From an uncultured Eubacteriales bacterium (GTDB taxonomy: Bacteria > Bacillota > Clostridia > Oscillospirales > CAG-272), in contig CASTST010000004.1 in the NCBI GenBank assembly GCA_949451655.1, positions 1 to 49,960 on the forward strand: a stretch of DNA of 49,960 bases. The letters run 5' to 3'. A model generated the notes under the pieces. It was not told the origin of the DNA. It saw nothing but the letters and a program-made list of their open reading frames with translations, and did not search any database. Shown in pieces: positions 1 to 8,536 of the stretch. The position numbers and the translations under genes are program-made. The stretch's first letter is position 1. Each line of letters begins with the position of its first letter.

Positions 1-558
1 GGCTTGCGCAAGACTGCATCCATCTTCACCCTCGTAACAGAAAAGGGGAAGCTCCGCCTGTGCCGCCTGGGAAACAGCCTCCTTAAAATACATCAGTCCG
101 GACACCTCCGGAATGATGCCTCTGCCGCACTGCTTGGCGGCTTCCGCAGCAATCCGCTGCCAGCGCAGCCGTTTTTTCTCGCCGTCCTTTTTATCCAGAC
201 GAACCACGCAGCGCTCCGTCAGCACCGGCACAATCCGGTGCACGCCGCATTCCACAGCCTTTTGCACAACATGATCGAACTTGTCCCCTTTGATAAGTGC
301 CTGATAGAGCACTGCCCCATAGGGAGGCTCTGATGCAGACGGGCGGGCAGATTCAACCCGCGCAAGCACGCATTCACCCACAGAAAGGATCTGGCAGGAA
401 TACTCTGTTCGCGCCATGTCGCACACGGTTATGGTGTCGCCCTCCCGCATGCGCAGGCTTTTTGTTATATGATGTGCGTCATCCCCAAGGATGCGCACCG
501 TTTGCGCGCCGCCGTCCTCTGTTCCGATCTGGGACGCGCGTATAAAAAAACGCGGCAT
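1..558 (-). CDS. rsmE: 16S rRNA m3U1498 methyltransferase RsmE (partial; runs off the window start)
   Basis: Manual translation (missing from the ORF track): MPRFFIRASQ...DAHHITKSLRMREGD...LYQALIKGDKFDHVVQKAVECGVHRIVPVLTERCVV...RWQRIAAEAAKQCGRGIIPEV; GGAG upstream of ATG at 558. Confidence 0.93.
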   Translation of the reverse strand, partial: MPRFFIRASQIGTEDGGAQTVRILGDDAHHITKSLRMREGDTITVCDMARTEYSCQILSVGECVLARVESARPSASEPPYGAVLYQALIKGDKFDHVVQKAVECGVHRIVPVLTERCVVRLDKKDGEKKRLRWQRIAAEAAKQCGRGIIPEVSGLMYFKEAVSQAAQAELPLFCYEGEDGCSLAQA

Positions 559-682
559 ACGATCTCCATGCCGCCGCAGCGGCTTTATCACAATAATTTA
601 CGCCGGTGAGTGCCGGCGCAGGATACAAATGATACTACTAATAATGACAACGCCTGACGTTGCAAGCAGTCCGTACTCAGCA

Positions 683-711
683 ATTATACATGATTTTTAC
701 AGGTTTGTCAA
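683..711 (-). promoter_or_regulatory. sigma-A promoter for rsmE
   Basis: Minus strand TTGACA-17 bp-TATAAT, perfect consensus. Confidence 0.75.
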
Positions 712-761
712 ATAAATATATCAGACATGATGTATAAAAAATCTTTTTTTGGAAAAAACTA

Positions 762-790
762 TTGACAAGCGGCTCACAGATTGGTATAAT
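762..790 (+). promoter_or_regulatory. sigma-A promoter for tRNA-Gln
   Basis: TTGACA(762)-17 bp-TATAAT(785) with extended TG. Confidence 0.8.
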
Positions 791-807
791 AGTGTGCGCA
801 ATGAAAA

Positions 808-881
808 AGCGGAATTGTGTAACGGTAGCACGACAGACTCTGACTCTGTTTGTTGGGGTTCGAATCCCTATTCCGCTGCCA
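808..881 (+). tRNA. tRNA-Gln(CTG)
   Basis: Cloverleaf: AGCGGAA/TTCCGCT acceptor stem, ACAGA-CT-CTG-AC-TCTGT anticodon arm, TTCGAAT T-loop, encoded CCA. Confidence 0.95.
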
Positions 882-885
882 AGTA

Positions 886-936
886 TGAAATCCCCTGCAA
901 ATCTTTATTTATCAAGGTTTTGCAGGGGATTTTCAT
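886..936. terminator. Long inverted repeat immediately after tRNA-Gln (terminator or att-site-associated hairpin)
   Basis: TGAAATCCCCTGCAAA...TTTGCAGGGGATTTTCA. Confidence 0.6.
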
Positions 937-1191
937 TTGGTTTTGTCCATAAAATTTCACAATAATTGTAAGTCTCATACGATGAAATACGATAGAATTC
1001 GGTATACAGTCGGGGACTAACCCGGGGGACTAAAAAGGAGAGAGTTTCACTTTCTCCTTTTTTATATTTAGTTTTTCCTCATTTCGGTTGACATTGAATA
1101 CACAACATGATATAGTGCAACAAAAGGAAGAAAGGGCACAAATGAAGCGGGAAGCAACGCTAAATATATAAAAAAGCGAAGGTAATACAAA

Positions 1192-2019
1192 ATGAAGAAA
1201 ACTAAAAAATCTCAAACCTATGTTTCTTCTGCAAGTGTTATTATGCACTCATCCCCGGCAATGCTGATACTGGCTGTTATCGGAATATTTATCGGAATAT
1301 TTTTTATCTTTTATAAAAACGCGAGCACACCAATTGAACGCACAGAAGCAATTTCCTATTCAGGCACATTCGAAAATTATAAAGGCTGGAGAAAAGATTG
1401 TAAGATTTATTTTAGCGACGGATCCTGTTATGAAGTCTATCCTCACACCGAGTCAAGTGCGTTCCGAGAAGCAATGGCATCGCTTGATAAAGGCACTCCG
1501 CTTTATCTTTTGGTAAATCCAAACATTGGCTATGTAGTGGAAATCAAAACGGATACGGAAGAACTATTAAATCTTGAGCAATCGCAGGAAGCAATAGATA
1601 CATACAACAACGGTTATCTTTTTATTGGATATTTCTGTTGTGCAGCAGGTGTTGTTCTGCTCCTTTATACCATTGGATCCATCATTTATAAGCGGAAGGA
1701 AGTCGCCCGCCATGCTTTAAAATCAAAAAACGCAGGAAAAGCTTCAACACCAATCCGCAGCGCCGATCCTGCTGTAAAAAGCAAAATCCTATTGGAAGCA
1801 TCCGTAAACGGATACCGTATATGTTACCGCCGGGTAAAATCGGTCAATGAGCTTGTCATCAATGGAAAAGTCTATGATGAAAAGAAGGGGGTCATAGAGT
1901 TTGCGCATAACCTTTGCGCAACTCTTGATGGTCATTCTATTGAAGCAGGGATCGAAAACGATTGCAGTTACATAAAGTTTGACGGAGAAGTTATAAAAAA
2001 TAAAAAACGATATTTTTAA
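1192..2019 (+). CDS. Hypothetical membrane protein (two TM segments flanking a soluble domain, plus C-terminal domain)
   Basis: 275-aa ORF, AAGGT RBS, hydrophobic stretches near aa 24-41 and 143-166. Confidence 0.75.
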   Translation: MKKTKKSQTYVSSASVIMHSSPAMLILAVIGIFIGIFFIFYKNASTPIERTEAISYSGTFENYKGWRKDCKIYFSDGSCYEVYPHTESSAFREAMASLDKGTPLYLLVNPNIGYVVEIKTDTEELLNLEQSQEAIDTYNNGYLFIGYFCCAAGVVLLLYTIGSIIYKRKEVARHALKSKNAGKASTPIRSADPAVKSKILLEASVNGYRICYRRVKSVNELVINGKVYDEKKGVIEFAHNLCATLDGHSIEAGIENDCSYIKFDGEVIKNKKRYF

Positions 2020-2048
2020 ATATAATAAACAACTTAAGGAGCAGAACC

Positions 2049-2873
2049 ATGGATATACAGAATATAATAGAAGAAATCGCAAAAGTATTGCGTCACATGT
2101 TTGTTGATGAACCGATCATTGCGCTGGCAGGAGCCCATGCCAAAGGACTTGCGGATGAAAACTCAGATATTGATATTTTCATCTTCGGAAACGAACTTAG
2201 TCCCTATGCCGACAGAACCCAAGCAATTGCAGATTTTTGTGATGACCCCCAGCACTGCTGGGTTTCGCCTTCCTTTGATTATCCGTGGGGCGGCTCTGCG
2301 GATTTTACATACCAGGGAATTCCTGTTGAAGTAGTTGTCAGATCCATATCCAAAACAGAAGAAATAATCGACCGGGCCATAGATGGAAACTTTGAAGTTA
2401 TCCCCCAGACTTGGACTTCAAACGGATACTATACCTATATATATTTAAGCGAAATTAGTTTTCTGAAGCCTATATATGATGAGACAGGCTGGATATTTAA
2501 AATGAAGCAAAAAATTGATAAATATCCTCCTAAACTGAAAAGCAGCATTATTTCTACCTTTCTTGGAAGAGCCGGTACATGGATGAACAACTTTCATTAT
2601 ACTTCCGCTGTAAAACGCATGGACACTCTGTTTATTGCTCCAATCATGATTCATACCTTGATGGATATGATACAGGTAATTTTCGCTATAAACGAGGTGT
2701 ATTTTACCGGCGATAAAAAGCTTGAAAAAACTCTCTGCGAATTGCCCTACTGTCCTGAAAAACTGCGGGAAAATCTGGATTTCCTCCTCAAAGTTGAAAA
2801 AAATGAAAGCACCCTGCGCGCAGGGGCAGATATCCTGAAAGACATATACCATGAATTATGCTCCCGTGCATGA
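2049..2873 (+). CDS. Pol-beta-like nucleotidyltransferase with DUF4037-like helical C-terminal domain
   Basis: LAGAHAKGLADENSDIDIF (GS..DxD-type motif); AAGGAG RBS. Confidence 0.75.
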   Translation: MDIQNIIEEIAKVLRHMFVDEPIIALAGAHAKGLADENSDIDIFIFGNELSPYADRTQAIADFCDDPQHCWVSPSFDYPWGGSADFTYQGIPVEVVVRSISKTEEIIDRAIDGNFEVIPQTWTSNGYYTYIYLSEISFLKPIYDETGWIFKMKQKIDKYPPKLKSSIISTFLGRAGTWMNNFHYTSAVKRMDTLFIAPIMIHTLMDMIQVIFAINEVYFTGDKKLEKTLCELPYCPEKLRENLDFLLKVEKNESTLRAGADILKDIYHELCSRA

Positions 2874-2975
2874 AGTTCCAATATATCAATACTTCAAAAT
2901 TTCAAATATATATGAGACAAATTTGTTAAATATGCAAAAATATGAAGGATCTTGAAATAATTTATGCATTTTCCA

Positions 2976-3054
2976 TTGACATTTGGCAAATAACGTGTAT
3001 AATAAAAGGCATAAAGGCAAAGGCGCTGTGAAATTCACAGCGCCTTTCTTTTTT
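2976..3054 (+). promoter_or_regulatory. amtB promoter followed by a leader terminator with an ANTAR-like hairpin
   Basis: TTGACA(2976)-16 bp-TATAAT(2998); stem AAAGGCGCTGTG/CACAGCGCCTTT plus T-tract at 3019-3054, upstream of the ATG. Confidence 0.65.
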
Positions 3055-3077
3055 CAAATAACGAGGAGGCATCATCA

Positions 3078-4805
3078 ATGGGACAGATCTTTTCATCAGC
3101 GGATACCACGTGGGTCCTGATCGGAGCCGCACTGGTATTCTTTATGCAGGCAGGCTTTGCAATGGTTGAAACCGGCTTTACCAGAGCAAAAAACGCCGGC
3201 AACATTATTATGAAAAACTTAATGGACTTTGCAATCGGCACACCGATTTTCTGGGTAATCGGATTCGGTCTGATGTTTGCAGGAACAGGACCTTTCATCG
3301 GCGGACTGGATTTTCTGATTAAAGGAGATTATTCCTTTATGGGACTGAGCGTGCCCACGCCGGTATTCATCATTTTCCAGACAGTGTTCTGCGCTACCGC
3401 CGCAACAATCGTTTCCGGCGCAATGGCTGAACGCACCAAATTTATTTCTTACTGCATTTACAGCGGTGTTATCAGCGCCGTTATTTATCCGATTTCCGGC
3501 CACTGGATCTGGGGCGGCGGCTGGCTGGCACAGCTCGGCTTCCACGATTTCGCCGGATCCACCGCAGTCCATATGGTAGGCGGCGTTGCCGCTTTGGTTG
3601 GCGCAAAAATTCTGGGACCGCGTATCGGCAAATATGGCAAAGACGGCAAGCCTCGGGCGATTCTGGGTCACAGTCTGACGCTGGGCGCGCTGGGCGTATT
3701 CATTCTGTGGTTCTGCTGGTTCGGATTCAACGGATGTTCTACCCTGAGCATGACAGGAGACGACGCGCTGACTGCTGCCGGAAACATCTTTGTAACAACC
3801 AACCTTGCAGCCGCTACTTCAACGGTAGCTACTATGGTGATCACATGGATCCGCTATAAAAAGCCTGACGTATCCATGACGCTGAACGGTTCTCTTGCAG
3901 GACTTGTTGCTATAACCGCCGGCTGTGATACCGTTACGCCGGTGGGTGCATTCTTCATTGGCCTGGTTGCCGCTTTCGTAGTAGTATTCGGTATTGAATT
4001 TGTAGATAAAATCCTGAAAATCGATGATCCTGTGGGCGCGATAGGCGTACATGGCTTCTGTGGCGCAACAGGTACACTGCTGACCGGACTGTTTGCATAT
4101 TACCTCACAGATGATGCCGGCAATCCTCTCGGACTCTTTTACGGCGGCGGATTCAAATTTCTCGGAACGCAGGCGCTGGGTGTTATCTCCGTAATCGTCT
4201 GGGTAGCGGTAACCATGACCATCGTATTCCAGATTATCAAGCACACCATCGGACTGCGCGCCAGCGAGGAAGAAGAAATCCGCGGCTTGGATATCACGGA
4301 ACACGGTATTGCAAGTGCATACGCGGACTTTGCATCGGTACAGCCCCAAATTCTGACCGGCGCTGTTTCCACTTCTCAAGCTGCACAGGATGTATTGGAA
4401 AAGGCTGTTCCCGTAGAACATATTTCTGCATCAGATCCATCCAAGGCAAAGCTCACAAAAATCGCAATTGTATTGAATCAGGAGCATTTTGAACCGCTGA
4501 AAGCTGCCATGAACAGCATCGGCATCACCGGTATGACTGTAACGCAGGTACTGGGATACGGCACGCAAAAGGGACGCGACACATTTTACCGCGGTGTTAA
4601 GCTGGAAGAAGCAAAGCTGCTGCCAAAGGTAAAAGTAGAAATCGTTGTCAGCAAAATCCCGGTAGACACTGTAATCGACACTGCAAGACGTGCCTTGTAT
4701 ACCGGTAACGTAGGCGATGGCAAAATCTTTGTTTATGATGTGGAAAATGCAGTCCGTGTCCGCACCGGAGAACAGGGATATGACGCTCTCCAAGGCGAAG
4801 ATTGA
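3078..4805 (+). CDS. amtB: Ammonium transporter fused to a C-terminal P-II (GlnK/GlnB) domain
   Basis: Amt motifs FMQAGF, ATIVSGAMAER, DFAGSTAVH, WFGFNG, DDPVGAIGVH; P-II motifs GMTVTQVLGYGTQKG, LLPKVKVEIVV, TGNVGDGKIFV, RVRTGE. Confidence 0.95.
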   Translation: MGQIFSSADTTWVLIGAALVFFMQAGFAMVETGFTRAKNAGNIIMKNLMDFAIGTPIFWVIGFGLMFAGTGPFIGGLDFLIKGDYSFMGLSVPTPVFIIFQTVFCATAATIVSGAMAERTKFISYCIYSGVISAVIYPISGHWIWGGGWLAQLGFHDFAGSTAVHMVGGVAALVGAKILGPRIGKYGKDGKPRAILGHSLTLGALGVFILWFCWFGFNGCSTLSMTGDDALTAAGNIFVTTNLAAATSTVATMVITWIRYKKPDVSMTLNGSLAGLVAITAGCDTVTPVGAFFIGLVAAFVVVFGIEFVDKILKIDDPVGAIGVHGFCGATGTLLTGLFAYYLTDDAGNPLGLFYGGGFKFLGTQALGVISVIVWVAVTMTIVFQIIKHTIGLRASEEEEIRGLDITEHGIASAYADFASVQPQILTGAVSTSQAAQDVLEKAVPVEHISASDPSKAKLTKIAIVLNQEHFEPLKAAMNSIGITGMTVTQVLGYGTQKGRDTFYRGVKLEEAKLLPKVKVEIVVSKIPVDTVIDTARRALYTGNVGDGKIFVYDVENAVRVRTGEQGYDALQGED

Positions 4806-4870
4806 AAGCTTTAATTATTATGGTAAAAAATCTGTCGGTATGTCCGGCAGATTTTTTATATTATAAGGAA

Positions 4871-5232
4871 CCTCCAAAAGGGAGATTGCGCGCAACAAAA
4901 TCTATGAAAGTCTCCCAGCAAAAGGGAACAGTCTATGAAAGGCTCCCTTGTGCAAAGGGAGCTGTCACAGCCAAGCGTAGCGATTGTGACTGAGGGATTG
5001 TCTATCTATCATTTTGAATAATGTTAAAATCGACAGTCTACCGAAACAATCCCCCCGAGTTTTGCTACGCAAAACTCACCCCCCTTTGCACAAGGGGGGC
5101 TTATTCAATTAGAGGTTGCGCCACACCTCCTTTACTGGGGGGGAGCCTTCTCATGTTTAATGTTGCGAGCAGCAAAGGGCTGTCGGTTAAGCGCAGCGAT
5201 GCCGACTGGGGGATTGTAATACTATCATTTTG
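4871..5232. repeat. Dispersed palindromic repeat cluster R1 (full doublet 4941-5100 plus degenerate half-units)
   Basis: GGCTCCCTTGTGCAAAGGGAGC-hairpin-GAGGGATTGT ... ACAATCCC-hairpin-CCCCTTTGCACAAGGGGG. Confidence 0.9.
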
Positions 5233-5295
5233 CATTTTCTTCAAATTTATCTTATAATAAACACAAACAAACCAATTTCACGAAAGGATACAAAA

Positions 5296-5502
5296 ATGAG
5301 CAAATACGCCCCCTTATGGGAATATATCTCAAAAAATGGCGCTCCCTCTCTCAAATTAACATTTGATGAAATACAGCAAATCACAGGATTCCCGCTGGAC
5401 CATTCCTTCCTGCGTTTCAAAAAAGAGCTGTTGGAATATGGATATCAGGTCGAAAAAATATCTATGAAAAATCAAACTGTCCTTTTCAGCAAAACAGCCT
5501 GA
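5296..5502 (+). CDS. Small conserved hypothetical protein (68 aa)
   Basis: AAAGGA RBS; MSKYAPLWEYI...LKLTFDEIQQITGFPLDHSFL, a pattern I recognise from small Firmicute proteins. Confidence 0.7.
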   Translation: MSKYAPLWEYISKNGAPSLKLTFDEIQQITGFPLDHSFLRFKKELLEYGYQVEKISMKNQTVLFSKTA

Positions 5503-5621
5503 CAGAAGAAAATTTCACCGCACCGCCGTATGGTTGACAAATAGCAGCACGTATGATAAAATATAAAATCAATATCCAATACATAAAGGACCGGGCAACG
5601 CCCGGGTATGGTGACAGACAA

Positions 5622-6672
5622 ATGGCTGGCAGAATCAGAGCGGGAATCGTTGGCGCTACGGGCATGGTAGGACAGCGGTTCATTACCCTGTTGGAAAATC
5701 ATCCTTATTTTGAAGTAACTGCCCTTGCGGCAAGCGCGCGCAGCGCAGGTGCGAAATATACAGATGCAGTGGGCGACAGATGGAAGCTGTCCTGCGAAAT
5801 TCCCGAGTACGCACGGGATATGGTCGTTATGGACGCTGCGGATATCGCGTCTATGAAAGAAAAGGTAGACTTTATCTTCTGTGCCGTAGACATGAAAAAG
5901 GACGCAGTTGTTGCAATGGAAGAAGCATATGCGAAGGCAGAGCTGCCTGTTATCTCCAACAACAGCGCCAATCGGTGGACGCCGGATGTGCCCATGCTGA
6001 TTCCGGAAATCAACGATGCACACGCCGCTGTAATTGCGGATCAGAAAAAGCGGCTGGGTACGCAGCGCGGTTTTATCGCAGTAAAACCCAACTGTTCCAT
6101 CCAAAGCTATGTTCCTATGCTCACGCCCCTGCGTAAGTTCGGCGTGCGTCAGGTAGTCGTCAGCACCTATCAGGCAATCAGCGGTGCCGGGAAAACCTTC
6201 CGTGAAATGCCGGAAATTGTGGATAATGTAATTCCCTATATCGGCGGCGAAGAAGAAAAGAGCGAACGCGAACCTCTGCGGATCTGCAGAAGATACGATT
6301 ATCACCAGCCAGTGTATTCGTGTCCCGGTACTGGACGGTCATATGGCTACAGTATTCGTAAACTTTGAAAACAAGCCTACAAAAGAACAAATCCTTGCAG
6401 AATGGAAGGCATTCAAGGGACTGCCCCAGACTTTGGGTCTGCCCCACGCACCGGAGCAATTTATCACATATTTTGAGGAAGACAACCGCCCCCAGACGCA
6501 CCTGGACAGAGATGTTTGCGGCGGTATGGGCGTCAGCGCCGGCAGACTGCGGGAGGATACACTTTTTGACTGGAAATTTGTAGGACTCTCTCACAATACC
6601 CTTCGGGGAGCTGCAGGCGGCGCACTTCTGTCAGCAGAACTGCTGTATAAATTAGGATATCTGGACGTTTGA
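5622..6672 (+). pseudogene. asd: Aspartate-semialdehyde dehydrogenase, frameshifted by a short deletion near 6285 (real lesion or assembly error)
   Basis: GIVGATGMVGQRF, PNCS and NVIPYIGGEEEK in one frame; SQCIRVPVLDGH and HNTLRGAAGGA in another frame ending at 6672. Confidence 0.85.
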
Positions 6673-6694
6673 TAGGTAGTTGAGGGAAAAAATC

Positions 6695-7507
6695 ATGATT
6701 TGTGATACAATATATCTGCGAGAGGGAGATGAAAATGTGCGCCTGTGCACATACATTTCCAGTTTTGCCGGAGATATGGGCGTGCGTCCCCGTGACGCAG
6801 TAATTGTGCTTCCCGGCGGAGCATATGCTTTTCTCGCGGAACGGGAGGCGGAGCCCGCGGCAAAAACCTTTCTCGCAGCAGGCTGTAACGCATTTGTATT
6901 ATACTATTCCATCGGGGAAAATGCAAAATATCCCCGCCCGCTGGTAGATGTTTCTCTTGCGATCTGCCACATCCGGGAGAATGCAGAAAAATACAATATC
7001 AACCCAGATCGGATTTTCGTGTGCGGATTTTCGGCCGGCGGTCATCTGGCAGGCGCAATCGGCACATTGTGGGATCGGGATTATGCGAAAACCACGCCGG
7101 ATATGCCTTTTGGCATGAATAAGCCCAAAGGTGTAATAATGTCGTATCCTGTAATCACCATGGGAGAATACGCCCACGCGTATTCCCGGGAGTTGATTAC
7201 AGGAAATGATGCAGATGCAGAGCAGTGGAAGCAGGAATGCTCCCTGGAACTGCAGGTAAACGAAAACACAGTACCCGCCTTTGTTTGGCAGACCCAGAAT
7301 GACGACTGTGTACCGATACAGAATTCCATGCTGTATGCCCAGGCAATGATCGACCATAACATCCCTGTGGAACTGCATATATATCCGAAGGGTCCCCATG
7401 GCATGTCCGTGGTGGCGGAGGAAACATCGCAAACCAACCCAGCACAAGGGGATCCCCATGTGGGCGGTTGGGTCAAAGCTGCATTGGAATGGATGAAGAT
7501 TATATAA
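6695..7507 (+). CDS. Alpha/beta hydrolase (acetyl/feruloyl esterase-like)
   Basis: PGGAY oxyanion loop, GFSAGGHL nucleophile elbow, DDCVP and HG catalytic motifs. Confidence 0.85.
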   Translation: MICDTIYLREGDENVRLCTYISSFAGDMGVRPRDAVIVLPGGAYAFLAEREAEPAAKTFLAAGCNAFVLYYSIGENAKYPRPLVDVSLAICHIRENAEKYNINPDRIFVCGFSAGGHLAGAIGTLWDRDYAKTTPDMPFGMNKPKGVIMSYPVITMGEYAHAYSRELITGNDADAEQWKQECSLELQVNENTVPAFVWQTQNDDCVPIQNSMLYAQAMIDHNIPVELHIYPKGPHGMSVVAEETSQTNPAQGDPHVGGWVKAALEWMKII

Positions 7508-7549
7508 AATAGAAAAGGAAGGGAGTATTTCCCTTCCTTTTCTACATAT

Positions 7550-8428
7550 CTACAGCAGTTCCCGGATTTGTGCAATGTTCCGCATCCCATCCTGATACCC
7601 CTGTTCCATCCGCTTTTTCGCATTTTGCGGATTAAAATCCAGCGTTCCGGTAAAGTTTTGCAGGGCGCTTTCTTCTAAATTTATATGTATGATCTGTGCA
7701 TCCGGAAAGCATTTCGTACAGGTTTTATCCCGTTCCTCCATTGTAATAACAATATATTTGCGTATCCCCTTTTGATATAGCGGTGCAATCGGCACATTAT
7801 CCTCAATTCCCCCGTCTATATATGTATCTCCTTCAATTGTAATGTCCGGAAATATAAGAGGAATTGCAGAGGATGCCAGTAAGATATTGGGAATCAAACC
7901 AGTATTTTGTTTTCGGATATCAAAATATACCGGCACAGTCTGATATTTAAAAAATCGAATTGCAATAAGAGAAACAATCCGCATAAATATATTGTCCTCC
8001 GAATGGCGCTTGACAAAATTGTAAAAGCAGGGATACTTTTGCAGCTTTGCAGCAGTTACATAAAAATCTCTCACTCCATTCTTTAAAATACGAGGGTCCA
8101 CAGCACCATCAATAAGCTTTTTTAACCCCGCATTGGAAAACCAGCCATCAGTAAAGGTGCTGTCGTTATACTGCGGCAGACATGCACAGCACAAGTGAAT
8201 ATCCTGCTCCGTAAGTATCAGTTCCGGACTGATTGCAGACCATACTTTTTGAGCAGCGGACAAGTTTCCCATACAAAATAAAGCGCCGTTCAGTGCACCG
8301 ATGGATGTGCCGGCTACGGAATCTATGTTTTTATCAATACCCGCTTCATGAAGCGCGCGCCATACGCCGATTTGATATGCGCCTTTTCCGCCGCCCCCGC
8401 CGAAGACCAGACCAATTTTTTCTTTCAT
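7550..8428 (-). CDS. Patatin-like phospholipase
   Basis: GGGGKG, GTSIG and DGG motifs. Confidence 0.9.
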   Translation of the reverse strand: MKEKIGLVFGGGGGKGAYQIGVWRALHEAGIDKNIDSVAGTSIGALNGALFCMGNLSAAQKVWSAISPELILTEQDIHLCCACLPQYNDSTFTDGWFSNAGLKKLIDGAVDPRILKNGVRDFYVTAAKLQKYPCFYNFVKRHSEDNIFMRIVSLIAIRFFKYQTVPVYFDIRKQNTGLIPNILLASSAIPLIFPDITIEGDTYIDGGIEDNVPIAPLYQKGIRKYIVITMEERDKTCTKCFPDAQIIHINLEESALQNFTGTLDFNPQNAKKRMEQGYQDGMRNIAQIRELL

Positions 8429-8502
8429 AAGATCACCACCTATACGCAGTATATGAAATTGCGTATATATGGTGATGCGTGAAAAATCTTCACCGCCAGC
8501 AC

Positions 8503-8536
8503 AAAAAAGTCCCCCGCAAAAGCGGGGGACTTTTTA
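8503..8536. terminator. Intrinsic terminator after the GH127 gene
   Basis: AAAAAGTCCCCCGC-AAAA-GCGGGGGACTTTTT. Confidence 0.8.

Noticed and set aside
4-965. Plus-strand ORFs in the first kb
   Set aside because: They are antisense to rsmE or overlap the tRNA-Gln gene.
5001-5045. Doublet centres as acquired spacers or guides
   Set aside because: The centres resemble each other (CTATCATTTT..AAATCGACAG-like), so they look like diverged element sequence rather than foreign DNA.
4802-5257. Short ORFs with PLCTRG / LPCAKG / PPFAQG peptides (also near 12.8, 32.5, 35.9, 37.5, 42.5 and 49.4 kb)
   Set aside because: They are translations of the palindromic DNA repeat, not genes.
6270-6345. Programmed frameshift in asd
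   Set aside because: No slippery heptamer is visible and residues appear to be missing, which fits a deletion better.
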